From a virus: DNA of 64,000 bases. Location: IMG/VR virus record IMGVR_UViG_3300026189_001009, positions 32,001 to 96,000 of that record. The stretch is one strand, 5' to 3'. The notes beneath the pieces were generated by a model. That model had not been told where the DNA came from, did no database searches, and was given only the letters and a program-made list of their open reading frames with translations. This document shows, piece after piece, positions 10,091-19,361 of the stretch; the first letter of the stretch is position 1; every line of letters starts with the position of its first letter. The translations under genes were made by a program, and so were the position numbers.

Positions 10091-10852
10091 ATGGCTATAA
10101 ACAAAGAAACAGTAACAGAAGTCAAGCACTGGTGTGATAAAACTTTTAGTTTTAAAACTACTAGAGATCCTGGCTTTAGATTTAACAATGGTGAATTCGC
10201 AATGATGGGATTAGAACATGAAGGTAAAAAAATACTTAGAGCTTACAGTGTTGCATCAGCTAACCATGAAGAACATTTAGAATGGCTATCAATTAAAGTC
10301 GAAAATGGTGAACTAACATCTAAATTACAAAATTTAAAAGTTGGTGATACAGTATTAGTGAATAGTAAAACAACTGGCACTTTAGTTATTGATTATCTAT
10401 TACCGGGACGTAATTTATATCTAATAGCAACAGGAACAGGACTTGCTCCTTACATGAGTATTATCAAAGATCCTGCAACTTATGATAGATTTGAAAAAGT
10501 AATACTAACGCATACTGTACAACATCCTGAAGAACTTGCATACCATGAAGAGCTTAACTGGTTCAATGAAGAATGGAAAGAAGTAACACAAGGAAAATTT
10601 AGATACTTCAATACATTAACACAACAAGATTGGCCCCGTACAGGTAGAATCACTGAATGGATAAAAAATGGTAGATTGTTTTCAGATACAGCAGGACAGA
10701 GCTTAGATGTAGAAAATGATAGATTTATGGTATGTGGTTCGATGGGACTTAATACAGATTTAATGGAACATTTTAAATCATTAGGAATGAAAGAAGGTAG
10801 CACTTCAACACCGGGTTTTTTTGTAGTAGAAAAAGCCTTTGTAGAAAAATAG
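10091..10852 (+). CDS. fpr: Ferredoxin/flavodoxin-NADP+ reductase
   Basis: RAYSVAS, ATGTGLAP, MVCGS, VEKAFV. Confidence 0.93.
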   Translation: MAINKETVTEVKHWCDKTFSFKTTRDPGFRFNNGEFAMMGLEHEGKKILRAYSVASANHEEHLEWLSIKVENGELTSKLQNLKVGDTVLVNSKTTGTLVIDYLLPGRNLYLIATGTGLAPYMSIIKDPATYDRFEKVILTHTVQHPEELAYHEELNWFNEEWKEVTQGKFRYFNTLTQQDWPRTGRITEWIKNGRLFSDTAGQSLDVENDRFMVCGSMGLNTDLMEHFKSLGMKEGSTSTPGFFVVEKAFVEK

Positions 10853-10860
10853 GAAAAAAC

Positions 10861-11412
10861 ATGAAAATTTTATTGACTGATATTGACGGAGTACTACTCG
10901 ACTGGTCCGGACACTTTAACAAATATTTAAAAACTTATCATCCGGAGTTAGGATTAATGAATCCAACAGAGTTTAATCAACATTCAGATATTGCAAAAGT
11001 AATGCAAAACTTTAATCGATCTGCCTGGCTTGGTTATCTAAAACCTCATAAAGATGCGGCAGAATTATTACCGGAATTTAAAAAAGCAGGGTATGACATT
11101 ATTTGTTGTACTGCTATGGGGCATGATCCTTATTCATATTCTTTAAGAAAACAAAATTTAGAAAATGTATTCCCAGGATTAATCAGTAGAATGGATGTTA
11201 CTGGTTTTGGAGAATCAAAAGCTGAGTGGTTATCTCAATACAAAGGAAGTGGAGCAATTTGGGTAGAAGATAAATGGGCCAATGCTAAAGCAGGAGCCGA
11301 TACGGGGTTAAATACATATTTAATGAGGCATGAATATAATGCCAGCCAGGATTACACTGGTGTAAAGAAAGTTGATAATTGGGTACAAATATATAATGAG
11401 AATGCTATTTGA
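10861..11412 (+). CDS. HAD-superfamily phosphatase/nucleotidase
   Basis: TDIDGVL motif I, WVEDK motif IV. Confidence 0.8.
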   Translation: MKILLTDIDGVLLDWSGHFNKYLKTYHPELGLMNPTEFNQHSDIAKVMQNFNRSAWLGYLKPHKDAAELLPEFKKAGYDIICCTAMGHDPYSYSLRKQNLENVFPGLISRMDVTGFGESKAEWLSQYKGSGAIWVEDKWANAKAGADTGLNTYLMRHEYNASQDYTGVKKVDNWVQIYNENAI

Positions 11413-12301
11413 AAGACAGTTTAAACGATTAAAGCATAACCTTGACATACGATTCTATAAAGGATACTGTGCATATTGTAAAGAACACAAAAAAGGACCA
11501 GTCGATGTTACTGATCGTCATGCAATGATTGTGCCTTTCTTTTCTTCAAATGAGTTGTCAGACTTAACAAGAAAAGATATAGTCAAGTGGATTAGTAGGC
11601 ATAAATTTACTCGTATTGATGCTACTGTAAACAATATAGTGGTATCATGTTTATTTTACAAAGATACATCTACAAATACATATCATATGATTGATCCTAT
11701 TAGAGCAAAAGTAGATGGTTTACGATATTCATTGTATCGTTATTTTCAAGCAACATTAATTTTATTTTTAGCCTCAAAATTAAAAACTAAAGAAAAGAAA
11801 AAAGAGTTTGTAGAATCAATATCTAAAGATTTATCTTCTAATTTCATAGAAACATATTTTGATAAAGATTATCAACTAATTGATGATTGGGATGAGATAT
11901 TAGAAAATGCTGAAAACGGTATTTTGCATAAATGGTTGAGAGAAGAATATAAACTAAATGCACAAGGAAAGTATCAATATAAAAATAAAGTAGTAGACTC
12001 AGAAGCATCAGATAAATCATGGAAATTATTTAAAGATGGACTAATGCCACCGGCTCTAGAAAATCTTAAATTGACAATATCAGATGAAGTGGATTTGCAT
12101 GAAATTTGTAACACAGATCTTTCAACTATAGATTTAAACACTGTAGGTCCTCTTGTGATGGAAAAATTTGAACAATGGTACAATGGACAAGCAAAAGATA
12201 CTGTGATGTGTAATCTATGCTACAATAAAAAAGAAGTAAGAAAATGGGCTAGAAATAGTTTTCTTTTTGCTACTAAAAAAGGTAAAACTCCTAAAAAATA
12301 A
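11396..12301 (+). CDS. Hypothetical protein with two widely separated CxxC pairs
   Basis: CAYC near the N-terminus and CNLC near the C-terminus; start uncertain (11396 or 11402). Confidence 0.6.
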   Translation: MRMLFERQFKRLKHNLDIRFYKGYCAYCKEHKKGPVDVTDRHAMIVPFFSSNELSDLTRKDIVKWISRHKFTRIDATVNNIVVSCLFYKDTSTNTYHMIDPIRAKVDGLRYSLYRYFQATLILFLASKLKTKEKKKEFVESISKDLSSNFIETYFDKDYQLIDDWDEILENAENGILHKWLREEYKLNAQGKYQYKNKVVDSEASDKSWKLFKDGLMPPALENLKLTISDEVDLHEICNTDLSTIDLNTVGPLVMEKFEQWYNGQAKDTVMCNLCYNKKEVRKWARNSFLFATKKGKTPKK

Positions 12302-12314
12302 TCAAAAAACCGAC

Positions 12315-12342
12315 TTGACAAGATTGCTTTTTGTGTTAATAT
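12315..12342 (+). promoter_or_regulatory. Sigma70-like promoter, probably leaderless
   Basis: TTGACA-16nt-TAATAT, then 6 nt to ATG 12349. Confidence 0.65.
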
Positions 12343-12348
12343 TATAAT

Positions 12349-13017
12349 ATGAGCAAAAGCAAAATACATGAATGGAATTTACTTGATGCTATTACTATTG
12401 CCATTGATGTCTTTAAGGCACAAGGGTATTTAAAATGGGCGGAAGATAATAAAATATCCAATAAAGAAGAAGTTAAAAAGAAGTTAGAATTACTATCTGA
12501 CTCTAAATATTGGTTGCCAGATTACTCATCTGACATTGAGTACATATTTGAATTAAAAAAAGAACTAGTTTTTAAAAAATTAAGTGGCACAATTACTGAT
12601 TATGAAGTCAATGTACTAGGAATACTAGAAAAAGCAACAGTTGATGTTAGACATATTGGGCTAGTATCTAGTTTACCGCTTATGGCACAAAATATTCAGA
12701 AGAAAGAAAAGAGAAAACAAAGATTTGAACACTATCAAGAACACAGTAAGTTTCTTGGTATGATAGGTTCTATGTGGAAAGGAACTGCAACAGTATTAGA
12801 GAAGACTGTAAAAACAAGCAAATGGGGTCAGTTCTGGATAGTAGTATTTGACAACGAAGGTAAAAATATTGTTAAATGGTTAACCAACAAAGAACCACAA
12901 TGCGATATTGATGATCAAATAACTTTATCTGGAGTGGTAAAGCAACACACTCAAACTGATTGGTATGGTAGCGAAACAATATTAAAAAACTGTAGGATAT
13001 CTAAATGCACAAAATAA
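12349..13017 (+). CDS. Hypothetical protein with possible C-terminal OB fold
   Basis: Long ORF; beta-rich C-terminus (ITLSGVVKQH...ETILKNCR). Confidence 0.6.
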   Translation: MSKSKIHEWNLLDAITIAIDVFKAQGYLKWAEDNKISNKEEVKKKLELLSDSKYWLPDYSSDIEYIFELKKELVFKKLSGTITDYEVNVLGILEKATVDVRHIGLVSSLPLMAQNIQKKEKRKQRFEHYQEHSKFLGMIGSMWKGTATVLEKTVKTSKWGQFWIVVFDNEGKNIVKWLTNKEPQCDIDDQITLSGVVKQHTQTDWYGSETILKNCRISKCTK

Positions 13018-14285
13018 TTCAAGAACTAGAAGCAGACAACAGTCGTTTAAAGAAGGAAGCAATCATTAGAAGAGAATCAGATGCTGACAATATTAGATTC
13101 TTTAACGGTGTTGGAATGGCATTAGATGGATTTAGAACATTTGGTATACAGAAAGTTCCTGTATCTAAAGCAGATGGGCCTGGTATCACACAAACAGAGT
13201 TTGATGATATCGTTAGACGTTTAGAAGATAGAACACTCACAGGTAATGAAATGCGAGATGTCATACAAGACTTATGCGATAGATCCAAAATGGAAGAATG
13301 GAATGATTGGTATAGAAGAATATTAATTAAAGATTTAAGATGTGGTGTTACACATAAAACTATTAACAAGCATTCTACAATGAAGGTTCCTGTATTTGAA
13401 TGTATGTTAGCAGATGACAGCAAAAAACATGAAAAGAAAATGACAGGTGAAGTTATTGTAGAGCCTAAACTAGATGGTGTTAGAGTAGTAGTCATTTGTG
13501 ATATAGATAAAGACGAAGTTAAGTTGTTTAGTAGAAATGGTAAAGAGTTATCAAACTTTCCAGAAATTAACAAACAGTTTGATGATATGATGGATCAAAT
13601 GGCAGGCAGTATGGTATTTGATGGTGAAGTAATGAGTGATGACTTTCAAACTCTTATGAGAGAAATACATAGGAAAGCAGGAGCAAAAACACAAGATGCT
13701 ATTTTAAATCTTTTTGATTGTATGCCTTTAGAAGATTTTAAAGAAGGCCAATGCCATCAACCAATCTTAAACAGAAAGCAAATGCTAGAAGGTTTTAAGT
13801 ATGGTCCTAACATACGTCTAGTAGAATATGTTAAAATGAATTTAAGTGATGATGAAGGACAAAAGGAGTTTGCAGACTATAATAAAATTTGTATTGATAA
13901 AGGTTACGAAGGAATAATGGTGAAACCTGTCAAAGGTGTTTATGAATGTAAAAGAAGTTCGTTATGGTTAAAAGTAAAACCATTTATTGAAGTTTCTCTA
14001 ACTGTGAAAGCAGTTGAAGAAGGCACAGGTCGTAATGTGGGTAAACTTGGTGCTCTCATAGTTGAAGGTACTGATGACGGCAAACTTATCAAAACCAATG
14101 TTGGATCAGGATTAACTGATAGCAACAGAGAAGAGTTTTGGAAATTTAAAGATAAACTAATTGGTCAAGTGGTAGAAGTAAGAGCTGATGCTATTACACA
14201 AAATCAAGACACTAAAGATGAATGGAGTTTAAGGTTTCCAAGGTTTCTTCGATTTAGAGGATTTAATCCAGGAGAAAAAATGTAA
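13005..14285 (+). CDS. lig: ATP-dependent DNA ligase
   Basis: EPKLDGVR, DGE, EGIMVK, WLKVK, SLRFPRF. Confidence 0.95.
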   Translation: MHKIIQELEADNSRLKKEAIIRRESDADNIRFFNGVGMALDGFRTFGIQKVPVSKADGPGITQTEFDDIVRRLEDRTLTGNEMRDVIQDLCDRSKMEEWNDWYRRILIKDLRCGVTHKTINKHSTMKVPVFECMLADDSKKHEKKMTGEVIVEPKLDGVRVVVICDIDKDEVKLFSRNGKELSNFPEINKQFDDMMDQMAGSMVFDGEVMSDDFQTLMREIHRKAGAKTQDAILNLFDCMPLEDFKEGQCHQPILNRKQMLEGFKYGPNIRLVEYVKMNLSDDEGQKEFADYNKICIDKGYEGIMVKPVKGVYECKRSSLWLKVKPFIEVSLTVKAVEEGTGRNVGKLGALIVEGTDDGKLIKTNVGSGLTDSNREEFWKFKDKLIGQVVEVRADAITQNQDTKDEWSLRFPRFLRFRGFNPGEKM

Positions 14286-14546
14286 ATGGGTAAGCACTTA
14301 AAAACTTCAATGGACGAAAAAATAATAGATTATCTTTCAATTGAACTTCATAGACTTGATCCAGATAATAAAATTTTAAACAAGTTCAAGCAAATGAAAA
14401 ACCATGAAGGTCAAACTATTGCTAAAACAATTAGTGAATTTAAAAAAACTAAAAAGTTTCCAGAACACTATAATACTGATTCTGGCGTTGTTAAATTTAA
14501 TGATTTTATAAAGGAGAACAAATATAATGAAGGACTGGATGATTAG
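14286..14546 (+). CDS. Hypothetical protein
   Basis: Abuts the ligase stop codon. Confidence 0.6.
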   Translation: MGKHLKTSMDEKIIDYLSIELHRLDPDNKILNKFKQMKNHEGQTIAKTISEFKKTKKFPEHYNTDSGVVKFNDFIKENKYNEGLDD

Positions 14547-14901
14547 AACGGCGACCATTCTTTTTGATGATTCAAAGAATGACCTTCGAGCATTACCAAA
14601 AACAGTTAGATTACAACTTTTAACAGTATTAAGTTTTGTTTGGTCTACTGCCTTTACACTTTATATTTGGGGAATACTGAGACCAGATATCTGGACAGGA
14701 TTAGTATTAGGACACATGGCAATTATATTTGCATCTTATTACACATTTAAACAATTCCATAATATTAAAGAACGAAAATATGATTTCGGTGGCTATCATT
14801 CATATGGTCGTGGAAGAGATTACGTTATTCTTAGAGATAAGAAAGGAAACCCTTTTAAATTTAAACTACCAAAATCAGACCCAGGAGGAGAACATGAGTA
14901 A
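14527..14901 (+). CDS. Small membrane protein (2 TM)
   Basis: AGGAG RBS; two hydrophobic segments. Confidence 0.65.
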   Translation: MKDWMIRTATILFDDSKNDLRALPKTVRLQLLTVLSFVWSTAFTLYIWGILRPDIWTGLVLGHMAIIFASYYTFKQFHNIKERKYDFGGYHSYGRGRDYVILRDKKGNPFKFKLPKSDPGGEHE

Positions 14902-15022
14902 ATGGATTGATCCAAAAAATCCCCATACTGTAGGTAAGAGTTTTCTAAATTTAGGAAACCATGTTTTACTTGCAGGTTTTGTAGGAGCAATCATATTTGT
15001 GGTTGTAGCAAGTTACGGTTAA
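14894..15022 (+). CDS. Small membrane protein
   Basis: GGAGGAG RBS before ATG 14894; hydrophobic C-terminus. Confidence 0.55.
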   Translation: MSKWIDPKNPHTVGKSFLNLGNHVLLAGFVGAIIFVVVASYG

Positions 15023-15048
15023 AACAATAACAACATCATAGGAGAAAG

Positions 15049-15240
15049 ATGAATAAAAAGAAAGCAAGATGGGATATATTTCCTGAAGAATTATTTCAAG
15101 GGCTAAGAACAATACTGCTCATAACATTTGGAGGAATCGCACTATTTTTTGGAGGTTGGAAATTTCCCTATCCAACTGCAATAGTAGTAATGGTCGTTAG
15201 TGTTGGATTTCTAATATGGGCAAGAAAGTGGTTTGAATGA
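15049..15240 (+). CDS. Small membrane protein
   Basis: AGGAG RBS; two hydrophobic segments. Confidence 0.6.
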   Translation: MNKKKARWDIFPEELFQGLRTILLITFGGIALFFGGWKFPYPTAIVVMVVSVGFLIWARKWFE

Positions 15241-15353
15241 TTAAGAAAATGAAAACATTCGCTAAAGAAATTTTAAAAGAGCCGTGGATAATCACAAGCT
15301 GGATAATAATGATAGGTGGCTTGGTTGCTTATGTATGGGGGTCAACACAATGA
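15237..15353 (+). CDS. 38-aa membrane peptide (not in ORF track)
   Basis: MIKKMKTFAKEILKEPWIITSWIIMIGGLVAYVWGSTQ, with ATGA overlaps at both ends. Confidence 0.55.
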   Translation: MIKKMKTFAKEILKEPWIITSWIIMIGGLVAYVWGSTQ

Positions 15354-15592
15354 ATAATTTGTTTAAAACAATTCTAATTTATGAATTACTTGCATTCGCA
15401 ATATGGAATATAATGGTAAGAACACAATCAGATTATGAAATGTGGTTATTTGAAAATATACATACAACCATTTATACTATTTTAGCATCTTTATTATTAA
15501 TAGCAACAATTGTTTATGTTGCAAAGAAAGTTGGACATAGAATAAAACAGCCAGAAATTTTAGTAAAAGATCCAAGGAGGCCTAATGCATAG
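15350..15592 (+). CDS. Small membrane protein
   Basis: ATGA-coupled start at 15350; two hydrophobic segments. Confidence 0.55.
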   Translation: MNNLFKTILIYELLAFAIWNIMVRTQSDYEMWLFENIHTTIYTILASLLLIATIVYVAKKVGHRIKQPEILVKDPRRPNA

Positions 15593-15797
15593 ATACCAAA
15601 TTTGGTACATACCAAGAATACAAGATGAGTTGGCAATAGCTCATTTTGAAGTTGAAGATAAAGCCCATGATGCCATGAATTATCTTAAACACAACAGACC
15701 AAAAGCATATCCACATCATTATATTTGGGACAGTAAAACCAAAAAGAAAATAGAAGTAAAAGAACACTGGGACGAATTTGGATGGTGGGGGAGTTGA
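15585..15797 (+). CDS. Hypothetical protein
   Basis: AGGAGG RBS. Confidence 0.6.
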   Translation: MHRYQIWYIPRIQDELAIAHFEVEDKAHDAMNYLKHNRPKAYPHHYIWDSKTKKKIEVKEHWDEFGWWGS

Positions 15798-15822
15798 CAG
15801 ATTACGAAAAGTATAATATAAT
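15794..15822 (+). promoter_or_regulatory. Consensus sigma70 promoter
   Basis: TTGACA-17nt-TATAAT. Confidence 0.8.
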
Positions 15823-15853
15823 AAAAGAAAAAATAAAATAACCAAGGAGGGTT

Positions 15854-16054
15854 ATGACAAGTGTTGACGATTATGATCACGACAAAACATACGAAAATGA
15901 ACAAAGCATGGTAACTATTCCATTAAAGGAATATGATAAGTTAAGAGAAAAACAAAAATATATTACTGACAAAGATATGATTGCAGTAGTAGATAAAATT
16001 GAAGAACTTGTTAGAGCATTAAGAAAACACATTGTTAGATCGGATTTTGACTAA
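15854..16054 (+). CDS. Hypothetical protein
   Basis: AGGAGG RBS downstream of the consensus promoter. Confidence 0.65.
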   Translation: MTSVDDYDHDKTYENEQSMVTIPLKEYDKLREKQKYITDKDMIAVVDKIEELVRALRKHIVRSDFD

Positions 16055-16197
16055 TGAACAAACAACATTGGGATAAGGTAGAAGAAGACAACAAAGATAT
16101 AATGAAAAGAATGCACCCAGCTACACTAATACCAGGATACTTAATTGGTTTGATGGTAATTGTTGGCTGTCTTTTTAAAGGATACATGGGGTGGTAA
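16054..16197 (+). CDS. 47-aa membrane peptide (not in ORF track)
   Basis: TAATG coupling; fills the gap exactly; hydrophobic C-terminal half. Confidence 0.55.
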   Translation: MNKQHWDKVEEDNKDIMKRMHPATLIPGYLIGLMVIVGCLFKGYMGW

Positions 16198-16509
16198 ATG
16201 TATAGACCTTTGCCAGATGGGTTAACTATCAAAGAATCTAAAGTACAAGGCTTGGGCTTGTTTGCTACACAAGATTTTGACGCTGATGTAGTGTTAGGTA
16301 TTGTACATATACTAGATAAAAACTTTCCACACGGTGCTATTAGAACTGCCTTAGGAGCATTTTATAATCACCACGAAGATCCTAATTGTAAAAACATAAA
16401 AGGATTTTGGCATCAGAAACCAGTTTGTTATCTTGTAACAATTAGACCAATCAAAGCTGGAGAAGAATTAACTGCGAAATATACATTGTACAATGACTTT
16501 AACGATTAA
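16198..16509 (+). CDS. Minimal SET-domain protein (putative lysine methyltransferase)
   Basis: GLGLFA, YNH..PNC, IKAGEELT.KY. Confidence 0.85.
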   Translation: MYRPLPDGLTIKESKVQGLGLFATQDFDADVVLGIVHILDKNFPHGAIRTALGAFYNHHEDPNCKNIKGFWHQKPVCYLVTIRPIKAGEELTAKYTLYNDFND

Positions 16510-16999
16510 TACAACAGTAAAAGAAGTTTTGAAAGGAAAGCCCAAAGGCACCTTTGTTTATAAAATAATGTATGATGAAAACATTCCTTTTTATGTAGGC
16601 ATGAGCCTAAAAGGAATACAAGCTAGGTTCAAAACACATATGGCAAAATTTTATGGAGAAAAGAAATATCCTGGAAGACCAAATTGCCAAGAGATCATTT
16701 GTGAACACAAAGATTTAAATTTTAAATGTGTTGGAAGACAAACACACGGATATAGAACTATTCGTGAAATATTTAAAAAGAACAAAATAAAATTTGATTT
16801 GTATAATGCAAATGTAAAGTTACAAAGATATTATGAGGAGCCGTTGTCAGAATATGGTACTGAGTTAAGTATAGGAAAAAAATGGCCTTTGACAAATAAG
16901 TTTGTAATCGAACAAGCAGAAAGCCAATTAATAGAAAAAGAAATACCATTAGCAAATGATGAAACAATTCATTTAGCTGAAGAAAGACTAAGGAGATAA
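16493..16999 (+). CDS. GIY-YIG family endonuclease
   Basis: FVYKI..FYVG..RF..H, then E..LI..PLAN. Confidence 0.7.
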   Translation: MTLTINTTVKEVLKGKPKGTFVYKIMYDENIPFYVGMSLKGIQARFKTHMAKFYGEKKYPGRPNCQEIICEHKDLNFKCVGRQTHGYRTIREIFKKNKIKFDLYNANVKLQRYYEEPLSEYGTELSIGKKWPLTNKFVIEQAESQLIEKEIPLANDETIHLAEERLRR

Positions 17000-17000
17000 A

Positions 17001-18488
17001 ATGAAAATAGACTTTACATCTAATATAAACGAACTAACATCAAGTTGTGAAATTCACTTTTTGTATAAAAGTGGCGATGACTTTCATCTTACAGAATCTG
17101 CAAAGCAAGTAGATGAAAAAACAAACGGATTAATTACTAAAACCATTACTAAAAATAATTATAAAGGTAAGTTCGGTACAGGTTTTTTTATTACAACAGA
17201 TACTTTACAAAGTGACGAAGCATTAATTGTTAGTATAGATGATAAAGATAAATTTAATCAACTTAAAGCAAAAAAAGTAGGCTCAGCAATTTACACTATG
17301 TTACAAGACAGAGGCACAACAGGTAATGTTGTAGTTCATGCTGATGACACTATTGAAAAAAATATGGCTTCTCAAATTGGTTTCGGTTTGTTGTTAAAGC
17401 AATATAGCTTCAACAAATATTTTACTGGTAAAAAAATACCTAAAGTAAATGATTTTGACGTCTATATCAAAGATGACAATGGTCAGTTATTAACCTTTCA
17501 GGCATTATCAAACATGGCTGACAGTATTGCATTTACAAAGGACTTAATATCTGAACCATCAAACATATTATATCCAGAGTCTTATGCTGATAGAATTAAA
17601 GAGCTAGAAAAAATAGGACTAAAGGTTACAGTTTATGGAGAAAGAGAATTAGAAAAACTTGGATTAACTGCTTTGCTATCTGTAGGACAAGGTAGTGCTA
17701 GAGAATCTAAAATGGTTGTAATGGAATGGAACGGTGCACAAGATAATACTCAGCCACTTGCACTAGTCGGTAAAGGTGTCACATTTGATACAGGAGGTTA
17801 TTCAATCAAACCTTCTAAAGGAATGGGCGACATGAAATATGACATGGGTGGATCAGCAGTTGTTGTTGGCACTATGATGTCATTAGCATTAAGAAAAACA
17901 CCAAAGAACGTAGTTGGCGTTGTTGGGTTAGTAGAAAATATGGTATCTAGTACAGCATACAAGCCAGGTGATGTAATTAATTCATTAAGTGGACAAACAA
18001 TTGAAATTGATAACACAGATGCTGAAGGCAGAGTTGTATTAGCAGACTGTTTATATTATACGCAAAGAGAATTTAAACCATCTGCAATGGTTAACTTGGC
18101 AACATTAACAGGAGCAATATCAGTAGCACTAGGAGATCAAATTGCTGGATTGTTTTCCAACAACGACAAGTTAAGCAATGAACTTTTAAAAGCAGGTGAA
18201 ACAACAGGAGAAGATCTTTGGAGATTACCTTGTGATCCAATTGGTGAGAGATATGACACCTATGTAGATTCTTCAGTTGCAGATATGCACAATGTAGGTA
18301 AAGGTTATGAAGCAAGTTCAACAACAGCGGCACAATTTTTACAAAGATTCGTAAATGATACACCATGGGCACACTTAGATATTGCAGGTGTTACATGGAA
18401 TGACAAAGGTTCAATGACAGCATCCGGTGGTGCAACAGGCTGGGGTGTTGAGTTATTAAACAAATGGATAGACAACAAAATTGAATAG
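17001..18488 (+). CDS. pepA: M17 leucyl aminopeptidase
   Basis: GKGVTFDTGG, MKYDMGG, NTDAEGR, ATLTGA, HLDIAG. Confidence 0.95.
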   Translation: MKIDFTSNINELTSSCEIHFLYKSGDDFHLTESAKQVDEKTNGLITKTITKNNYKGKFGTGFFITTDTLQSDEALIVSIDDKDKFNQLKAKKVGSAIYTMLQDRGTTGNVVVHADDTIEKNMASQIGFGLLLKQYSFNKYFTGKKIPKVNDFDVYIKDDNGQLLTFQALSNMADSIAFTKDLISEPSNILYPESYADRIKELEKIGLKVTVYGERELEKLGLTALLSVGQGSARESKMVVMEWNGAQDNTQPLALVGKGVTFDTGGYSIKPSKGMGDMKYDMGGSAVVVGTMMSLALRKTPKNVVGVVGLVENMVSSTAYKPGDVINSLSGQTIEIDNTDAEGRVVLADCLYYTQREFKPSAMVNLATLTGAISVALGDQIAGLFSNNDKLSNELLKAGETTGEDLWRLPCDPIGERYDTYVDSSVADMHNVGKGYEASSTTAAQFLQRFVNDTPWAHLDIAGVTWNDKGSMTASGGATGWGVELLNKWIDNKIE

Positions 18489-18807
18489 AAATATGGTAAA
18501 TGAATATAAAGAAAAACTAGACGATAAGATTAAAGCACTTAACTCTAGTCGTGTCTACAAAAAGATTACACCCAAAGGTGATTTATCTTGGTATGTAAAA
18601 TGGATATCGAGTTTCTTTATTCTCACAGCAGTAGCGGCCAGAAGTGTTGGCACTATACCACTAGCAGATCTTTGGTTAAGTTTATTTGGTACACTAGGTT
18701 GGTTATGGGTAGGATTACTATGGCATGATAGAGCTCTTACTATGTTAAACGGATCATTAGCAACTATACTGTTAGCAGGATTATTTAATTATTACTTTGG
18801 TGTTTAA
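18481..18807 (+). CDS. Small membrane protein (3 TM)
   Basis: Hydrophobic segments; WHDRAL motif; start may be ATG 18493. Confidence 0.65.
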   Translation: MNRNMVNEYKEKLDDKIKALNSSRVYKKITPKGDLSWYVKWISSFFILTAVAARSVGTIPLADLWLSLFGTLGWLWVGLLWHDRALTMLNGSLATILLAGLFNYYFGV

Positions 18808-18808
18808 T

Positions 18809-19138
18809 ATGACAGATATAGTAGACTTTGAAAAATTTAGAAACAAGAAACTAAAAACAGATAAAAAGAATATTAGAAAAGTTCATCAACTTATACTAGA
18901 AGACTTAATACGATCAATGATAGACAATGGCATTGAAATTAATGAAAGAGTAGAAAAAAGTTTGGTACCAATGATTAAAATTATAGAAAGTATTTTATAT
19001 GAGCAAAACGGTTTATCACATCCACACAGCCAAGACGTTGATAAGTTTATTGAAATGGCGTTTGCAAGAGGTCCTAACGAAGATTATTCAGAAGAGAATA
19101 ATGTTGTTAAGCCAATAAACGATAACGACAATGACTAA
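18809..19138 (+). CDS. Hypothetical protein
   Basis: ATG immediately after the previous stop. Confidence 0.6.
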   Translation: MTDIVDFEKFRNKKLKTDKKNIRKVHQLILEDLIRSMIDNGIEINERVEKSLVPMIKIIESILYEQNGLSHPHSQDVDKFIEMAFARGPNEDYSEENNVVKPINDNDND

Positions 19139-19361
19139 AACTTATATACACGTCAATCAACATAAAATTAGGAGTAATAAGAAAAATGGGACTAATGAAC
19201 CTGTTATCACTGTTAAACGTGGAAGTAGGAATGACTATTGTCATGCCGTTAAAATATTGGGTGATAGTGTTGTGCGTTATGGCGGCAATGGTAAGCCTAT
19301 CCTTAGTTGCGGTGCTAGAGTTGTTATAGAAACCGAAGCGGAGGTTCAAATTGTTGAGTAA
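19131..19361 (+). CDS. Hypothetical protein
   Basis: IHVNQHKIR...LSCGARVVIET; coupled to neighbours. Confidence 0.65.
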   Translation: MTKTYIHVNQHKIRSNKKNGTNEPVITVKRGSRNDYCHAVKILGDSVVRYGGNGKPILSCGARVVIETEAEVQIVE

